Assembly (NCBI GenBank): GCA_038322255.1
Contig: JBBQFS010000002.1
Span: 1 to 37,597 of the forward strand
From: Candidatus Limnocylindrales bacterium
GTDB lineage: Bacteria > Chloroflexota > Limnocylindria > Limnocylindrales > CSP1-4
Direction of reading: 5' to 3'
Length of the DNA stretch: 37,597 bases
Shown here: piece after piece, positions 23,406 through 30,503 of the stretch
Layout of the letters: each line of letters opens with the position of its first letter
How positions within the stretch are numbered: the first letter of the stretch is position 1
Position numbers and translations under genes: made by a program
Notes under the pieces: generated by a model
Database searches by the model: none
Seen by the model: the letters and a program-made list of their open reading frames with translations, nothing else
Told to the model about the DNA's origin: nothing

Positions 23406-24629
23406 ATGTACTACGTCCAGCACGGCAGCGTTCCTCGCCAGCGCCACACGCAGCACCGGGCGCCCGATGGGAGCCTGTATGCGGAGGAGCTGTTCGGGGT
23501 CGAGGGCTTCACGGGGCGCAGCTCGCTCCTGTACCACCTCGTGCCCCCAACCCGAACGCACAAGATCGAGCCGCTGCGCGAGATTCGGTTGGAAGCTGCC
23601 GGCGAGAAGACGCACCGCCACCACCTGACCAAGACGGGCGATGTCGCGCCCAAGGGCGACGCAATCACCGGGCGCGTGCCGCTGTACTTCAACAGCGATG
23701 TCGTGTTCGGCGTCGTGCGCCCCGCCGAGGCGATGCCCGAGGGAACGTTCTACCGGAACGGCGTGGCCGACGAGATGCTGTTCGTCCACGAAGGCACGGG
23801 CGTCTGCGACACGATCTTCGGACCGCTGCGCTACGGGCCGGGCGACTACCTCGTCCTGCCGATCGGCACGACGTGGCGCCTCGATCCCGATCCTGGCTCA
23901 ACCCAGCGGATGCTGTACCTCGAGGCGCCGTCGGAGATCGAGCCGCCGAAGCGCTATCGGAATGACTATGGCCAGCTGCTCGAGCACTCGCCCTACTCGC
24001 AACGCGATCTCCACGACCCGGAGGACGTCCCGGCTCGGAGCGACGAAGGCGACTTCGTCATCCACGTCCGCTCGACCGACCTGCTAACGGCGTACCACTA
24101 CCGGCACCACCCGTTCGACGTCGTCGGCTGGGACGGCTACCTCTGGCCGTTCCGGTTCAACATCGCCGACTTCCAGCCGATCACCGGGCGCGTCCACCAG
24201 CCGCCGCCGGTCCACCAGACGTTCCAGGCGCGGAACTTCGTGGTCTGCTCGTTCGTGCCTCGCAAGTTCGACTACCACCCCCTCGCGATCCCGGCGCCCT
24301 ATAACCATTCCAACATCAACAGTGACGAGGTCATCTACTACGTCGCCGGCAACTTCATGAGCCGGCGGGGGGTCGAGATCGCCTCGTTCACCCTCCACCC
24401 GGCAGGGATCCCGCACGGGCCGCATCCCGGAACGGTCGAGGCGTCGATCGGCAAGGAATCCACCGAGGAGCTTGCGGTCATGGTCGACACGTTCCATCCG
24501 CTCAAGCTCACCAAAGCCGCCCTCGAGCTCGACGACGACCGGTACCCGTATTCGTGGCTCCCGTCCGACGACCACGCGAAGGAAGCCTCCGAGCTCGCGG
24601 AGCGAGGCCCGGAGGCATTCCCGGATTGA
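23406..24629 (+). CDS. hmgA: Homogentisate 1,2-dioxygenase (short bacterial form)
   Basis: 407-aa ORF. The cupin core with FYRNGVADEMLFVHEG, HQPPPVHQTF, YNHSNINSDEV and LHPAGIPHGPHPG resembles the short HmgA family. Confidence 0.9.
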   Translation: MYYVQHGSVPRQRHTQHRAPDGSLYAEELFGVEGFTGRSSLLYHLVPPTRTHKIEPLREIRLEAAGEKTHRHHLTKTGDVAPKGDAITGRVPLYFNSDVVFGVVRPAEAMPEGTFYRNGVADEMLFVHEGTGVCDTIFGPLRYGPGDYLVLPIGTTWRLDPDPGSTQRMLYLEAPSEIEPPKRYRNDYGQLLEHSPYSQRDLHDPEDVPARSDEGDFVIHVRSTDLLTAYHYRHHPFDVVGWDGYLWPFRFNIADFQPITGRVHQPPPVHQTFQARNFVVCSFVPRKFDYHPLAIPAPYNHSNINSDEVIYYVAGNFMSRRGVEIASFTLHPAGIPHGPHPGTVEASIGKESTEELAVMVDTFHPLKLTKAALELDDDRYPYSWLPSDDHAKEASELAERGPEAFPD

Positions 24630-24668
24630 AGCAAGGCGCGATGTCCGGGCCGTCCCGGCTCGCAAGGC

Positions 24669-25478
24669 TCAGGGCAGCTTCACCCCGGCGAGGAGGGTCC
24701 TGAACATCCCGATGTCTTCCGGATTGGACGTGTCCTCGGGAGGGTGCTGCAGGTAGAACAGGTAGCCGATGCCCTTGTCGATGACACCGGCATTCACCAC
24801 GAGGATGCCGCAGTGCTTCACATTCAGGCGTCCCGGTTTGCCGTCGATCGTGATCGCCTCGTCGATCTCGGGCGTTACCGGACAGGGATGCTCGAGCGCA
24901 GCCGCCGCGTTCTGGTCGGCAAGGAACTTCGCGAGGGTCTTCGTCGTGGGCGTCGCCATGACCCAGGCCTGCGTCCCGGTCGACGAATTGACCTGGTCAA
25001 CGTCCGAGCTGAAATTTGCCGGGGAGCTCTTCCCGTCCCAGGGGGCGAGGGCCGGATATGCAGTCCAGCCGGCCGGCAAATTGATCGTGTAGTGGTAGAG
25101 CGGCGAGGTGAAGACCGACGGGGCCGCCGTCGGCTGGACTGTCGTCGTCGTTGGTGAGGGAGCGAGCGACGGGGCGGCTGAAGGGGTCGCGGCAGCGGTG
25201 GGTGTCGGTTGCGCCGACGGCGACGGTCCGATGCCGGCGCCGGGCGTCTTGTTGGTCAATGAGAGGAGCGCCACGCCGGCGATCGCGACAATCGCGATCC
25301 CGGCGGCGAGCCGCATCGAAGTCGTCATCGGGCTGAACCTCCGCGGGATCCGGAGATCCCGCTCCTGTGGGGTTGTCTTGACGGCGAGGAGGACGGCATC
25401 GATCGCGGCCGGCGGCGTTCCGTCGGAGCCGGCCTCGAGCCATTCGCGGACGGCGTGGTCGAATGTTCGGTCGCTCAT
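24669..25478 (-). CDS. Single-pass membrane protein, putative anti-sigma factor partner of the upstream ECF sigma
   Basis: 269-aa ORF. Its ATG overlaps the sigma stop (ATGA at 25475-25478). A short cytoplasmic N-terminus (REWLEAGSDG), one TM (LAAGIAIVAIAGVALL), a Pro/Thr/Ala linker and an extracytoplasmic domain. Paralogous to 26191..27021. Confidence 0.7.
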   Translation of the reverse strand: MSDRTFDHAVREWLEAGSDGTPPAAIDAVLLAVKTTPQERDLRIPRRFSPMTTSMRLAAGIAIVAIAGVALLSLTNKTPGAGIGPSPSAQPTPTAAATPSAAPSLAPSPTTTTVQPTAAPSVFTSPLYHYTINLPAGWTAYPALAPWDGKSSPANFSSDVDQVNSSTGTQAWVMATPTTKTLAKFLADQNAAAALEHPCPVTPEIDEAITIDGKPGRLNVKHCGILVVNAGVIDKGIGYLFYLQHPPEDTSNPEDIGMFRTLLAGVKLP

Positions 25479-26029
25479 GCCAGCCGTTCCTCTCGAACCC
25501 GGGCCTGCTTGTCGGCCGCCTCGAAGGCGGCTCGCAGCGCCCGGGTCGCGTAGTGCAATCGCGAGCGAGCGGTGCCGTCCGGGATGCCGAGGGTCTCGGC
25601 CACCGCGACGAGGGGCAGGCCCACGTGGTGGTGCAGGACGAACACCGCGCGCTGGTCGAGCGGCAGGGCGCGGAACGCCTGCTCGAGCTCGTCGCGATCG
25701 ACGATGGTTCGATAGTCGTCGGACGCGTCAGCCCGGTCGAACGGGAGGACGCGCACGACTGCCGCCCAGCGCCGGTTCCGCGGCGCATCCGCGTAGCAGG
25801 CGTGGACGACGATCCGGAAAGCCCAGGCCTCGAAGCGATCGACGTCCCGCAGGTGCGGAAGCTTCCGCCAGATGGTCACGAGGGCGTTCTGCAGGACGTC
25901 CTCGGCGAGTCCCGGATCGCGCAGGATCCGCCGGGCGATCCCGAACAGGGAGTCGCTGACCTGATGCACCAGGTCTGCGAATGCCTGCTGATCGCCCGAG
26001 CGAGCCCGCTCGACGAGGTCTCGGTCCAT
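25475..26029 (-). CDS. ECF-type RNA polymerase sigma-70 factor
   Basis: ORF 25475..26116; start placed at ATG 26029 (MDRDLVERARSGDQQAF). Region 2 (DVLQNALVTIWRKLPHLRD...FEAWAFRIVVHAC) and region 4 (LPLDQRAVFVLHHHVGLPLVAVAETLGIPDGTARSRLHYA). Confidence 0.9.
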   Translation of the reverse strand: MDRDLVERARSGDQQAFADLVHQVSDSLFGIARRILRDPGLAEDVLQNALVTIWRKLPHLRDVDRFEAWAFRIVVHACYADAPRNRRWAAVVRVLPFDRADASDDYRTIVDRDELEQAFRALPLDQRAVFVLHHHVGLPLVAVAETLGIPDGTARSRLHYATRALRAAFEAADKQARVREERLA

Positions 26030-26091
26030 CTCACCCTTGGAGTGCGCCGCGGCTCCGCAGCCTCGGTCTACTGATGATGAGGGTGGGGGCT

Positions 26092-26105
26092 CGCCGATTC
26101 GTTCA
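26092..26105 (-). promoter_or_regulatory. Candidate ECF -35-like element TGAACgaaTCGGCG upstream of the intact sigma gene
   Basis: Minus strand reads TGAAC-N3-TCGGCG, 76 nt upstream of the ATG at 26029. The same 14-mer pattern recurs at 27627-27640. Confidence 0.35.
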
Positions 26106-26190
26106 TGACCCGGCACAAGACCCGGGCAAGGGTCTCAGGCCTCGCCCGGGTCCGTAGTCGGCAATCGGGTGCCGTGGGCGCCCGGGTGTG

Positions 26191-27021
26191 TCAGCTCGGT
26201 GCGGCTGATGGCCTTACTGCTCGCTCAGGATGGAGCGTTGCGGTCGAGATGAGCGCCTTGAGCATCGTCACGGCGTCCGCGCCGGGCTGGGAGCCGAGCG
26301 GCAGGACGTACGTGAAGATGTAGGCCCGGCCGTTCGCGAATGTCGTGGACTCGACGTAGTTGCAGCCGACATAGAGGCCGCCAGGATGGCCGTCGAGGGT
26401 CACCGGAAGCCACTGGTCGCGGGTTGGGAAGCACTGCGCGCCGAACTGCGCCACCACGGGGGCGCGATAGGCCGCGACCCACGCGTCCTCGGACATCCCG
26501 CTCGGGATCAAGGTTGACGTGCCGTACATCTCCAACCCGGTGACGGTCGGCGCGAGGAAGTGGTCGAAGAACCCGCGCTCGGCGCTCGTCAGGTCGCCAA
26601 GGCCTGCCGGGGTCGTGCCGGCCTCGAGCCGCCAGCCGGCCGGGTAGCGAGCGTCGAACCCGAAGACCGCTGAGCTGAACGGGACCCAGGTCGTCGTGTT
26701 TGGCGTGCCGGCAGGAGCCGTTGCCGTCGCCGTGGGCGCAGGGCTTGGTGATGCGGTTGCGCTCGGGCCGCCGACACCATTGCGGGGGCCGATCAGGTAC
26801 AGCGCCCCGCCGATGGCGATGACGGCGACAACTGCCGCCGCCCCGAGGCGGGCGTAGGTGTCCATCGGAAAGAACCTCCAGGGCGCGAACGGGCCGCGCC
26901 GGGCCTGAGGGGTCGTTGGAAGCGAGGTCAGGATCGCCCGGCGCGTGGCGTCGGGAAGATCCGTGGGGCCCTCATCGAGCCACGCGTTGAGGATCGCGTC
27001 GGGATCGCGCGTCGCGTTCAT
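26191..27021 (-). CDS. Single-pass membrane protein, putative anti-sigma factor (paralogue of 24669..25478)
   Basis: 3-prime part of the 458-aa ORF 26191..27567. ATG 27021 (MNATRDPDAILNAWLDEG) overlaps the stop (27018-27020) of the sigma region-4 reading frame as ATGA. One TM (LGAAAVVAVIAIGGALYL). Confidence 0.7.
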   Translation of the reverse strand: MNATRDPDAILNAWLDEGPTDLPDATRRAILTSLPTTPQARRGPFAPWRFFPMDTYARLGAAAVVAVIAIGGALYLIGPRNGVGGPSATASPSPAPTATATAPAGTPNTTTWVPFSSAVFGFDARYPAGWRLEAGTTPAGLGDLTSAERGFFDHFLAPTVTGLEMYGTSTLIPSGMSEDAWVAAYRAPVVAQFGAQCFPTRDQWLPVTLDGHPGGLYVGCNYVESTTFANGRAYIFTYVLPLGSQPGADAVTMLKALISTATLHPERAVRPSAAPS

Positions 27022-27567
27022 GCGGGTCGCACCTTCCGGCTCTCGACCCGGTCGGCCGCGAGCGCCTCGCGAAGGATCCGGGTGGCGTAGTGGAGCCTGG
27101 ATTTCACCGTTCCGACGGGCACGCCCGCGACCTCCGCAATGAAGGCCAGCGGCATGCCCGCGTGGTGATGCAGCACGGCGACGGCGCGATGCTCGGGTGA
27201 CAGGCGTCGAAACGCCCGCTCCAGCGCATCTCGATCGTCGATCGACACGGGTCTCGTCCCCGCCGCCCGGTCCGTCGACCGGGAGCGTTCGGACGTTCGC
27301 GCTCCACCGCCGGTACCGGCGGAACTCCTCGTAACAGGCATTCACGACGAGTCGATGGAGCCAGACCTCGAAGCGTTCGGGGTCGCGCAGCCGCGGGAGC
27401 TCGCGCCACGCGAGGAGGAGTGCCTGCTGCACGGCGTCCTGGGCCCGCTCGACATCGCGCAGGATCCGGTAGGCGATGGCGTAGCAGCGGTCACCGTCCA
27501 GGTCGAGGAGCTCCGCGAAGGCGACGTCGTCGCCAGCGCTTGCTCGTTCGAGCAGCCTCGCTCGCAC
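27018..27567 (-). pseudogene. ECF-type sigma factor with an apparent +1 frameshift between region 2 and region 4
   Basis: Region 2 (RLLERASAGDDVAFAELL...AVQQALLLAWRELPRLRD...WLHRLVVNAC...RRWSANVRTLPVD) is in the frame of ORF 26191..27567. Region 4 (VSIDDRDALERAFRRLSPEHRAVAVLHHHAGMPLAFIAEVAGVPVGTVKSRLHYA) is in the frame of ORF 27018..27341. The shift lies within about 27246-27273 (G/C homopolymer runs). Length 550 nt, i.e. 3n+1. Confidence 0.75.
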
Positions 27568-27626
27568 GGGCGAACCTCACGACTGCGCCCGTACCGGGCG
27601 CTTCGTCAACTAGAGATGGTGCGCCG

Positions 27627-27640
27627 CGCCGAAAGGTTCA
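27627..27640 (-). promoter_or_regulatory. Candidate ECF -35-like element TGAACcttTCGGCG upstream of the frameshifted sigma gene
   Basis: Same pattern as 26092-26105 and a similar distance (73 nt) to the GTG start at 27567. Confidence 0.35.
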
Positions 27641-27678
27641 ATTGACCGCGGGTCAGGCTCCAGGCGCGTCCAGCGGGT

Positions 27679-28320
27679 TCAAATTCCGAACAGCTCCAAG
27701 CTCGATTCCAGCCCTTCGACGGTGACCTTGGGCCGGGGTCGGGCGCGCCAGCCGGCGAACGTGAGGCGGAACCGTTGCGTCTCCCGGGGGACGCCACGAG
27801 GCGCCAGCTGTCCGTAGCCGTTCGGCTCGTAGCCGATCGCCAGGCTCACACGGTTGGACGCCGGGTTGTCGATGAAGGCTTCGGTCTCGGCCAGCTGTGC
27901 CCCGAGATGGTCGAAGGCGAGGGTCAATGCCGCCTGGCGCATGAGCTTGCCGATGCCGCGACCCTGGAACGTCGATCCCAGCCACGAACCCGTGCCGACG
28001 GTGCGGTATTTCGGGAACTCGTGGCCGCGGAGGTCCTGGAAGCCCACGGGCTCACCGGCCGCCCAGACGCCGAGGGTCAACGTCCAGTCGTCGACCATCC
28101 AGCCGGATCTCGTGCTCATCCAGAACTGGTAGCTCGAACGGATGCGCTCCGCCGAAGGCAGGTCCGTCCAGGCAATTCCGAACGGCATCTCGGCGGTCGG
28201 ATGGATCCCGCGCCCCGCCACTTCTGCGAAAGCCGGCAGCTCCGCCTCGGTCGGCACGCGCAGCTCCAGGTCTCCGGTCGTGAGGCGCAGGTCGTACAGG
28301 GGCCACAGCGGGTGGGTCAT
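27679..28320 (-). CDS. GNAT-family N-acetyltransferase (RimJ/RimL-like)
   Basis: ORF 27679..28443; start placed at ATG 28320 (MTHPLWPLYDLRL). The acetyl-CoA motif region is GSWLGSTFQGRGIGKLMRQAALTLAF. Confidence 0.85.
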   Translation of the reverse strand: MTHPLWPLYDLRLTTGDLELRVPTEAELPAFAEVAGRGIHPTAEMPFGIAWTDLPSAERIRSSYQFWMSTRSGWMVDDWTLTLGVWAAGEPVGFQDLRGHEFPKYRTVGTGSWLGSTFQGRGIGKLMRQAALTLAFDHLGAQLAETEAFIDNPASNRVSLAIGYEPNGYGQLAPRGVPRETQRFRLTFAGWRARPRPKVTVEGLESSLELFGI

Positions 28321-28326
28321 CGCGGC

Positions 28327-28332
28327 ATGATA
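28327..28332 (-). promoter_or_regulatory. Candidate -10 box (TATCAT) exactly 6 nt upstream of the GNAT ATG; overlaps CATGAT (28326-28331, plus strand), which lies 6 nt upstream of the aldolase GTG
   Basis: Minus strand reads cccTATCATgccgcgATG; plus strand reads gCATGATagggagGTG. The whole divergent intergenic region is 17 bp. Confidence 0.4.
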
Positions 28333-28337
28333 GGGAG

Positions 28338-29135
28338 GTGACCACGCCCGACCTCGGCCGGAGCTCCGGCGCCGCACTTCGCCGACGGATCCTCGCCGGC
28401 GAGACGCTCTTCGGCGCTTGGGCGAGCCTCGATTCGCCGGCATCGGCCGAGCTCCTCGGAAACGCCGGGCTGGATTGGGTCCTCGTCGACCTCGAGCATG
28501 GCGCGGCGACCGAGGCGAGCCTGCTAGCGCACCTGACCGCGATCGAGGTTACCGGCGCGGCGGCCCTGGTTCGTCCGCCATCGGGCGAGCGCCTCCGGAT
28601 CGGGCGCGCCCTCGATCTCGGCGCGGCGGGCATCGTCGTGCCCCGGCTCGACACCGTCGCGCAGGTCGAGGAGGCGGTTACCTTCCTGCGCTACCCGCCC
28701 GCGGGCGGGCGCGGCGTCGCGTTGCTGACGCGCGGGGCGCGGCTGGGCAGCGTGAATCACGCCGGCGTCGCCGCGCTCAACGACGACATCGTCGGGGTCA
28801 TCCAGATCGAATCACCGTCGGCGCTGGAGGCTGCGGACGCGATCGCGGCCGTCGACGGCGTCGACGTGCTGTTCGTCGGGCCAGCGGACCTCTCGCACTC
28901 GCTCGGCGTCCCCGGCCGATTCTCGGAGGTGCGCTACCAGGACGGCCTGCGCCGGGTCGTCGCCGCCTGCCGGGCGCACGGCAAGGCCGCGGGGATCCTG
29001 CTCTACGATCCAGCCTCGTTCGGCCCGCACCTCGAGCTCGGGTTCACGTTCGTCGGCGTCGGCGCCGACATCTCGTACGTGAACGACGGCATTCGCGGCG
29101 CCCTCAGCATCGCCCGGGCGGCGACGCCAGGCTGA
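28338..29135 (+). CDS. HpcH/HpaI-family 2-keto-3-deoxy-acid aldolase
   Basis: 265-aa ORF, GTG start. LDWVLVDLEHG, LVRPPS, GIVVPRL, VIQIESPSAL and VLFVGPADLSHSLG match the HpcH/HpaI aldolase pattern. Confidence 0.88.
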   Translation: MTTPDLGRSSGAALRRRILAGETLFGAWASLDSPASAELLGNAGLDWVLVDLEHGAATEASLLAHLTAIEVTGAAALVRPPSGERLRIGRALDLGAAGIVVPRLDTVAQVEEAVTFLRYPPAGGRGVALLTRGARLGSVNHAGVAALNDDIVGVIQIESPSALEAADAIAAVDGVDVLFVGPADLSHSLGVPGRFSEVRYQDGLRRVVAACRAHGKAAGILLYDPASFGPHLELGFTFVGVGADISYVNDGIRGALSIARAATPG

Positions 29136-29250
29136 GCTCGGCCCGACCTTGCGAGCGATCGTGAGCCGGCTCGGCAGGGCGCTGGGCCAGATCGCGTAGC
29201 CCTCAAGGCGCGGGTTGTCGCCATCCTGGCGCCAGCCAGGCATGACGATG

Positions 29251-29913
29251 TCAATCGCTGACAGACCAGTCGTCGACCTCGATGGGCTCCTGCCACACGA
29301 TCCGGCCATCTGTCAGGAGGAACGGATCGAGCATCAACGGCCAGGCAGCGTTCGCCTCGTAGTCGATGACCACGTGAGCGACGACGGGCGCCGGCGTGTC
29401 CAACGAGAAGCTCATGAGCGTCCCGCGCTTCGGCGTCGCAAAGAGCTGATCCTGTGTTCCGAAGATTCGCATCAGGTGCGCTGGCGAGAGAATCAGCGAT
29501 GACGCCCACGGAACGCGTTCCAGGACGCGAACGATCCTTCCCGACAGCGTTCCATGTTGGAGTGCACCGGCGTCCACCCGCCCGGCTCGCCGATCGATAT
29601 TCGCGTCACCCGCTTCCGCAAGCTGCGGCTCGCTCACCTCCCAACGCTCGGCCAGTGCCCGGTCGACGAGAACGTACGTCCCGTCGATCTCTATCCCGAA
29701 GGTGACCGCGCAGCCCGGCCGGCCGACGACCGTCACCAGCGGATCCGGCCCAAGATAGGGGCCGGCGAGCAGCGGCATGAGTCGGGGCCTGGCCCAGTCC
29801 CAGGGCATTGGCCTGGGCATCTTTTTCGCGGCTCGCCGCAAGCGTCGCTCCTCGCGCAGAAGGTCAAGGGCTCGGCGGGGATGGAGGTGGAGGCGCGCTT
29901 CGATGGTTGGCAT
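29251..29913 (-). CDS. Hypothetical protein
   Basis: 220-aa ORF with balanced composition and G/C-rich third positions. I recognise no family. Confidence 0.55.
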   Translation of the reverse strand: MPTIEARLHLHPRRALDLLREERRLRRAAKKMPRPMPWDWARPRLMPLLAGPYLGPDPLVTVVGRPGCAVTFGIEIDGTYVLVDRALAERWEVSEPQLAEAGDANIDRRAGRVDAGALQHGTLSGRIVRVLERVPWASSLILSPAHLMRIFGTQDQLFATPKRGTLMSFSLDTPAPVVAHVVIDYEANAAWPLMLDPFLLTDGRIVWQEPIEVDDWSVSD

Positions 29914-29990
29914 GCCGACATCGTGGCGATGACCGCTTACCGCCGGCTTATGCGCAGGTCCCGCTCGACCGGCCCGTGAGGCGAACCAAC

Positions 29991-29996
29991 TACACT
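29991..29996 (+). promoter_or_regulatory. Candidate -10 box (TACACT) exactly 6 nt upstream of the CBS-protein GTG (leaderless geometry)
   Basis: caacTACACTttctgcGTG; no Shine-Dalgarno sequence. Confidence 0.4.
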
Positions 29997-30002
29997 TTCT
30001 GC

Positions 30003-30503
30003 GTGACTGAACTCACAGAACGGGCCGTCGCATCGCGCGTGCCGGGCCTCATCGACGAAAAGCTCAAGGTGCTCACCCGTCGAGATCCGATCACGGTCGC
30101 TCCGGGAACCTCGCTCCAGACATGCCTCGAACGAATCCGCCAGGCGGGAACCGCTGATTCGGTCTTCGTGATCGACCCGGCGGGTCGCCTGCTCGGCGTG
30201 CTCACCGAGCGCGATATCTTTGCCCGGCTCGTCGGGCCCGGCACGGATCTCTCGCAGCCGGTCGAGCGACTGATGGTCGACCACCCGAACACGCTCCACC
30301 TCGACGAGCCGATCCGCCGCGCCGTCGAGCTCATGCAGACCGGCCGATTCCGCAATGTGCCGCTTGTCGACGATGACGCCGTGCTGGTCGGGGTCGTCCG
30401 CCCGGTCGACGTCCTCAAGTACCTCGCCGAGGCGTTTCCCGAGGAGCTCCTCAACCTGCCGCCGCGGCCGCACCAGCGCATGGTCGCCACGGAGGGCGCG
30501 TGA
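30003..30503 (+). CDS. CBS-pair domain protein
   Basis: Part of ORF 29808..30503. Start tentatively GTG 30003 (alternative GTG 29976). Two CBS motifs (ITVAPGTSLQTCLERI...GVLTERDIF; TLHLDEPIRRAVELM...RNVPLVDDDAVLVGVVRPVDVL). The stop overlaps the korA GTG (GTGA at 30500-30503). Confidence 0.8.
   Translation: MTELTERAVASRVPGLIDEKLKVLTRRDPITVAPGTSLQTCLERIRQAGTADSVFVIDPAGRLLGVLTERDIFARLVGPGTDLSQPVERLMVDHPNTLHLDEPIRRAVELMQTGRFRNVPLVDDDAVLVGVVRPVDVLKYLAEAFPEELLNLPPRPHQRMVATEGA

Noticed and set aside
24645-24658. ccggg-ccgt-cccgg hairpin between convergent hmgA and the anti-sigma-like gene as a bidirectional terminator
   Set aside because: A 5-bp stem without a T-tract is expected by chance at this GC content.
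26191-27567. Treating the 458-aa ORF as an ancestral single-polypeptide sigma/anti-sigma fusion
   Set aside because: The central ~100 residues are the out-of-frame translation of a perfectly recognisable sigma region 4 that is readable in the adjacent frame. That frame ends in the same ATGA overlap as the intact paralogous cassette, so the fusion is secondary (a frameshift or a sequencing error).
27675-27687. tRNA T-loop-like string gggttcaaattcc
   Set aside because: It has an extra T relative to GGTTCAAATCC and no flanking acceptor or anticodon stems. It lies inside the C-terminal codons of the GNAT gene. I found no convincing tRNA elsewhere.
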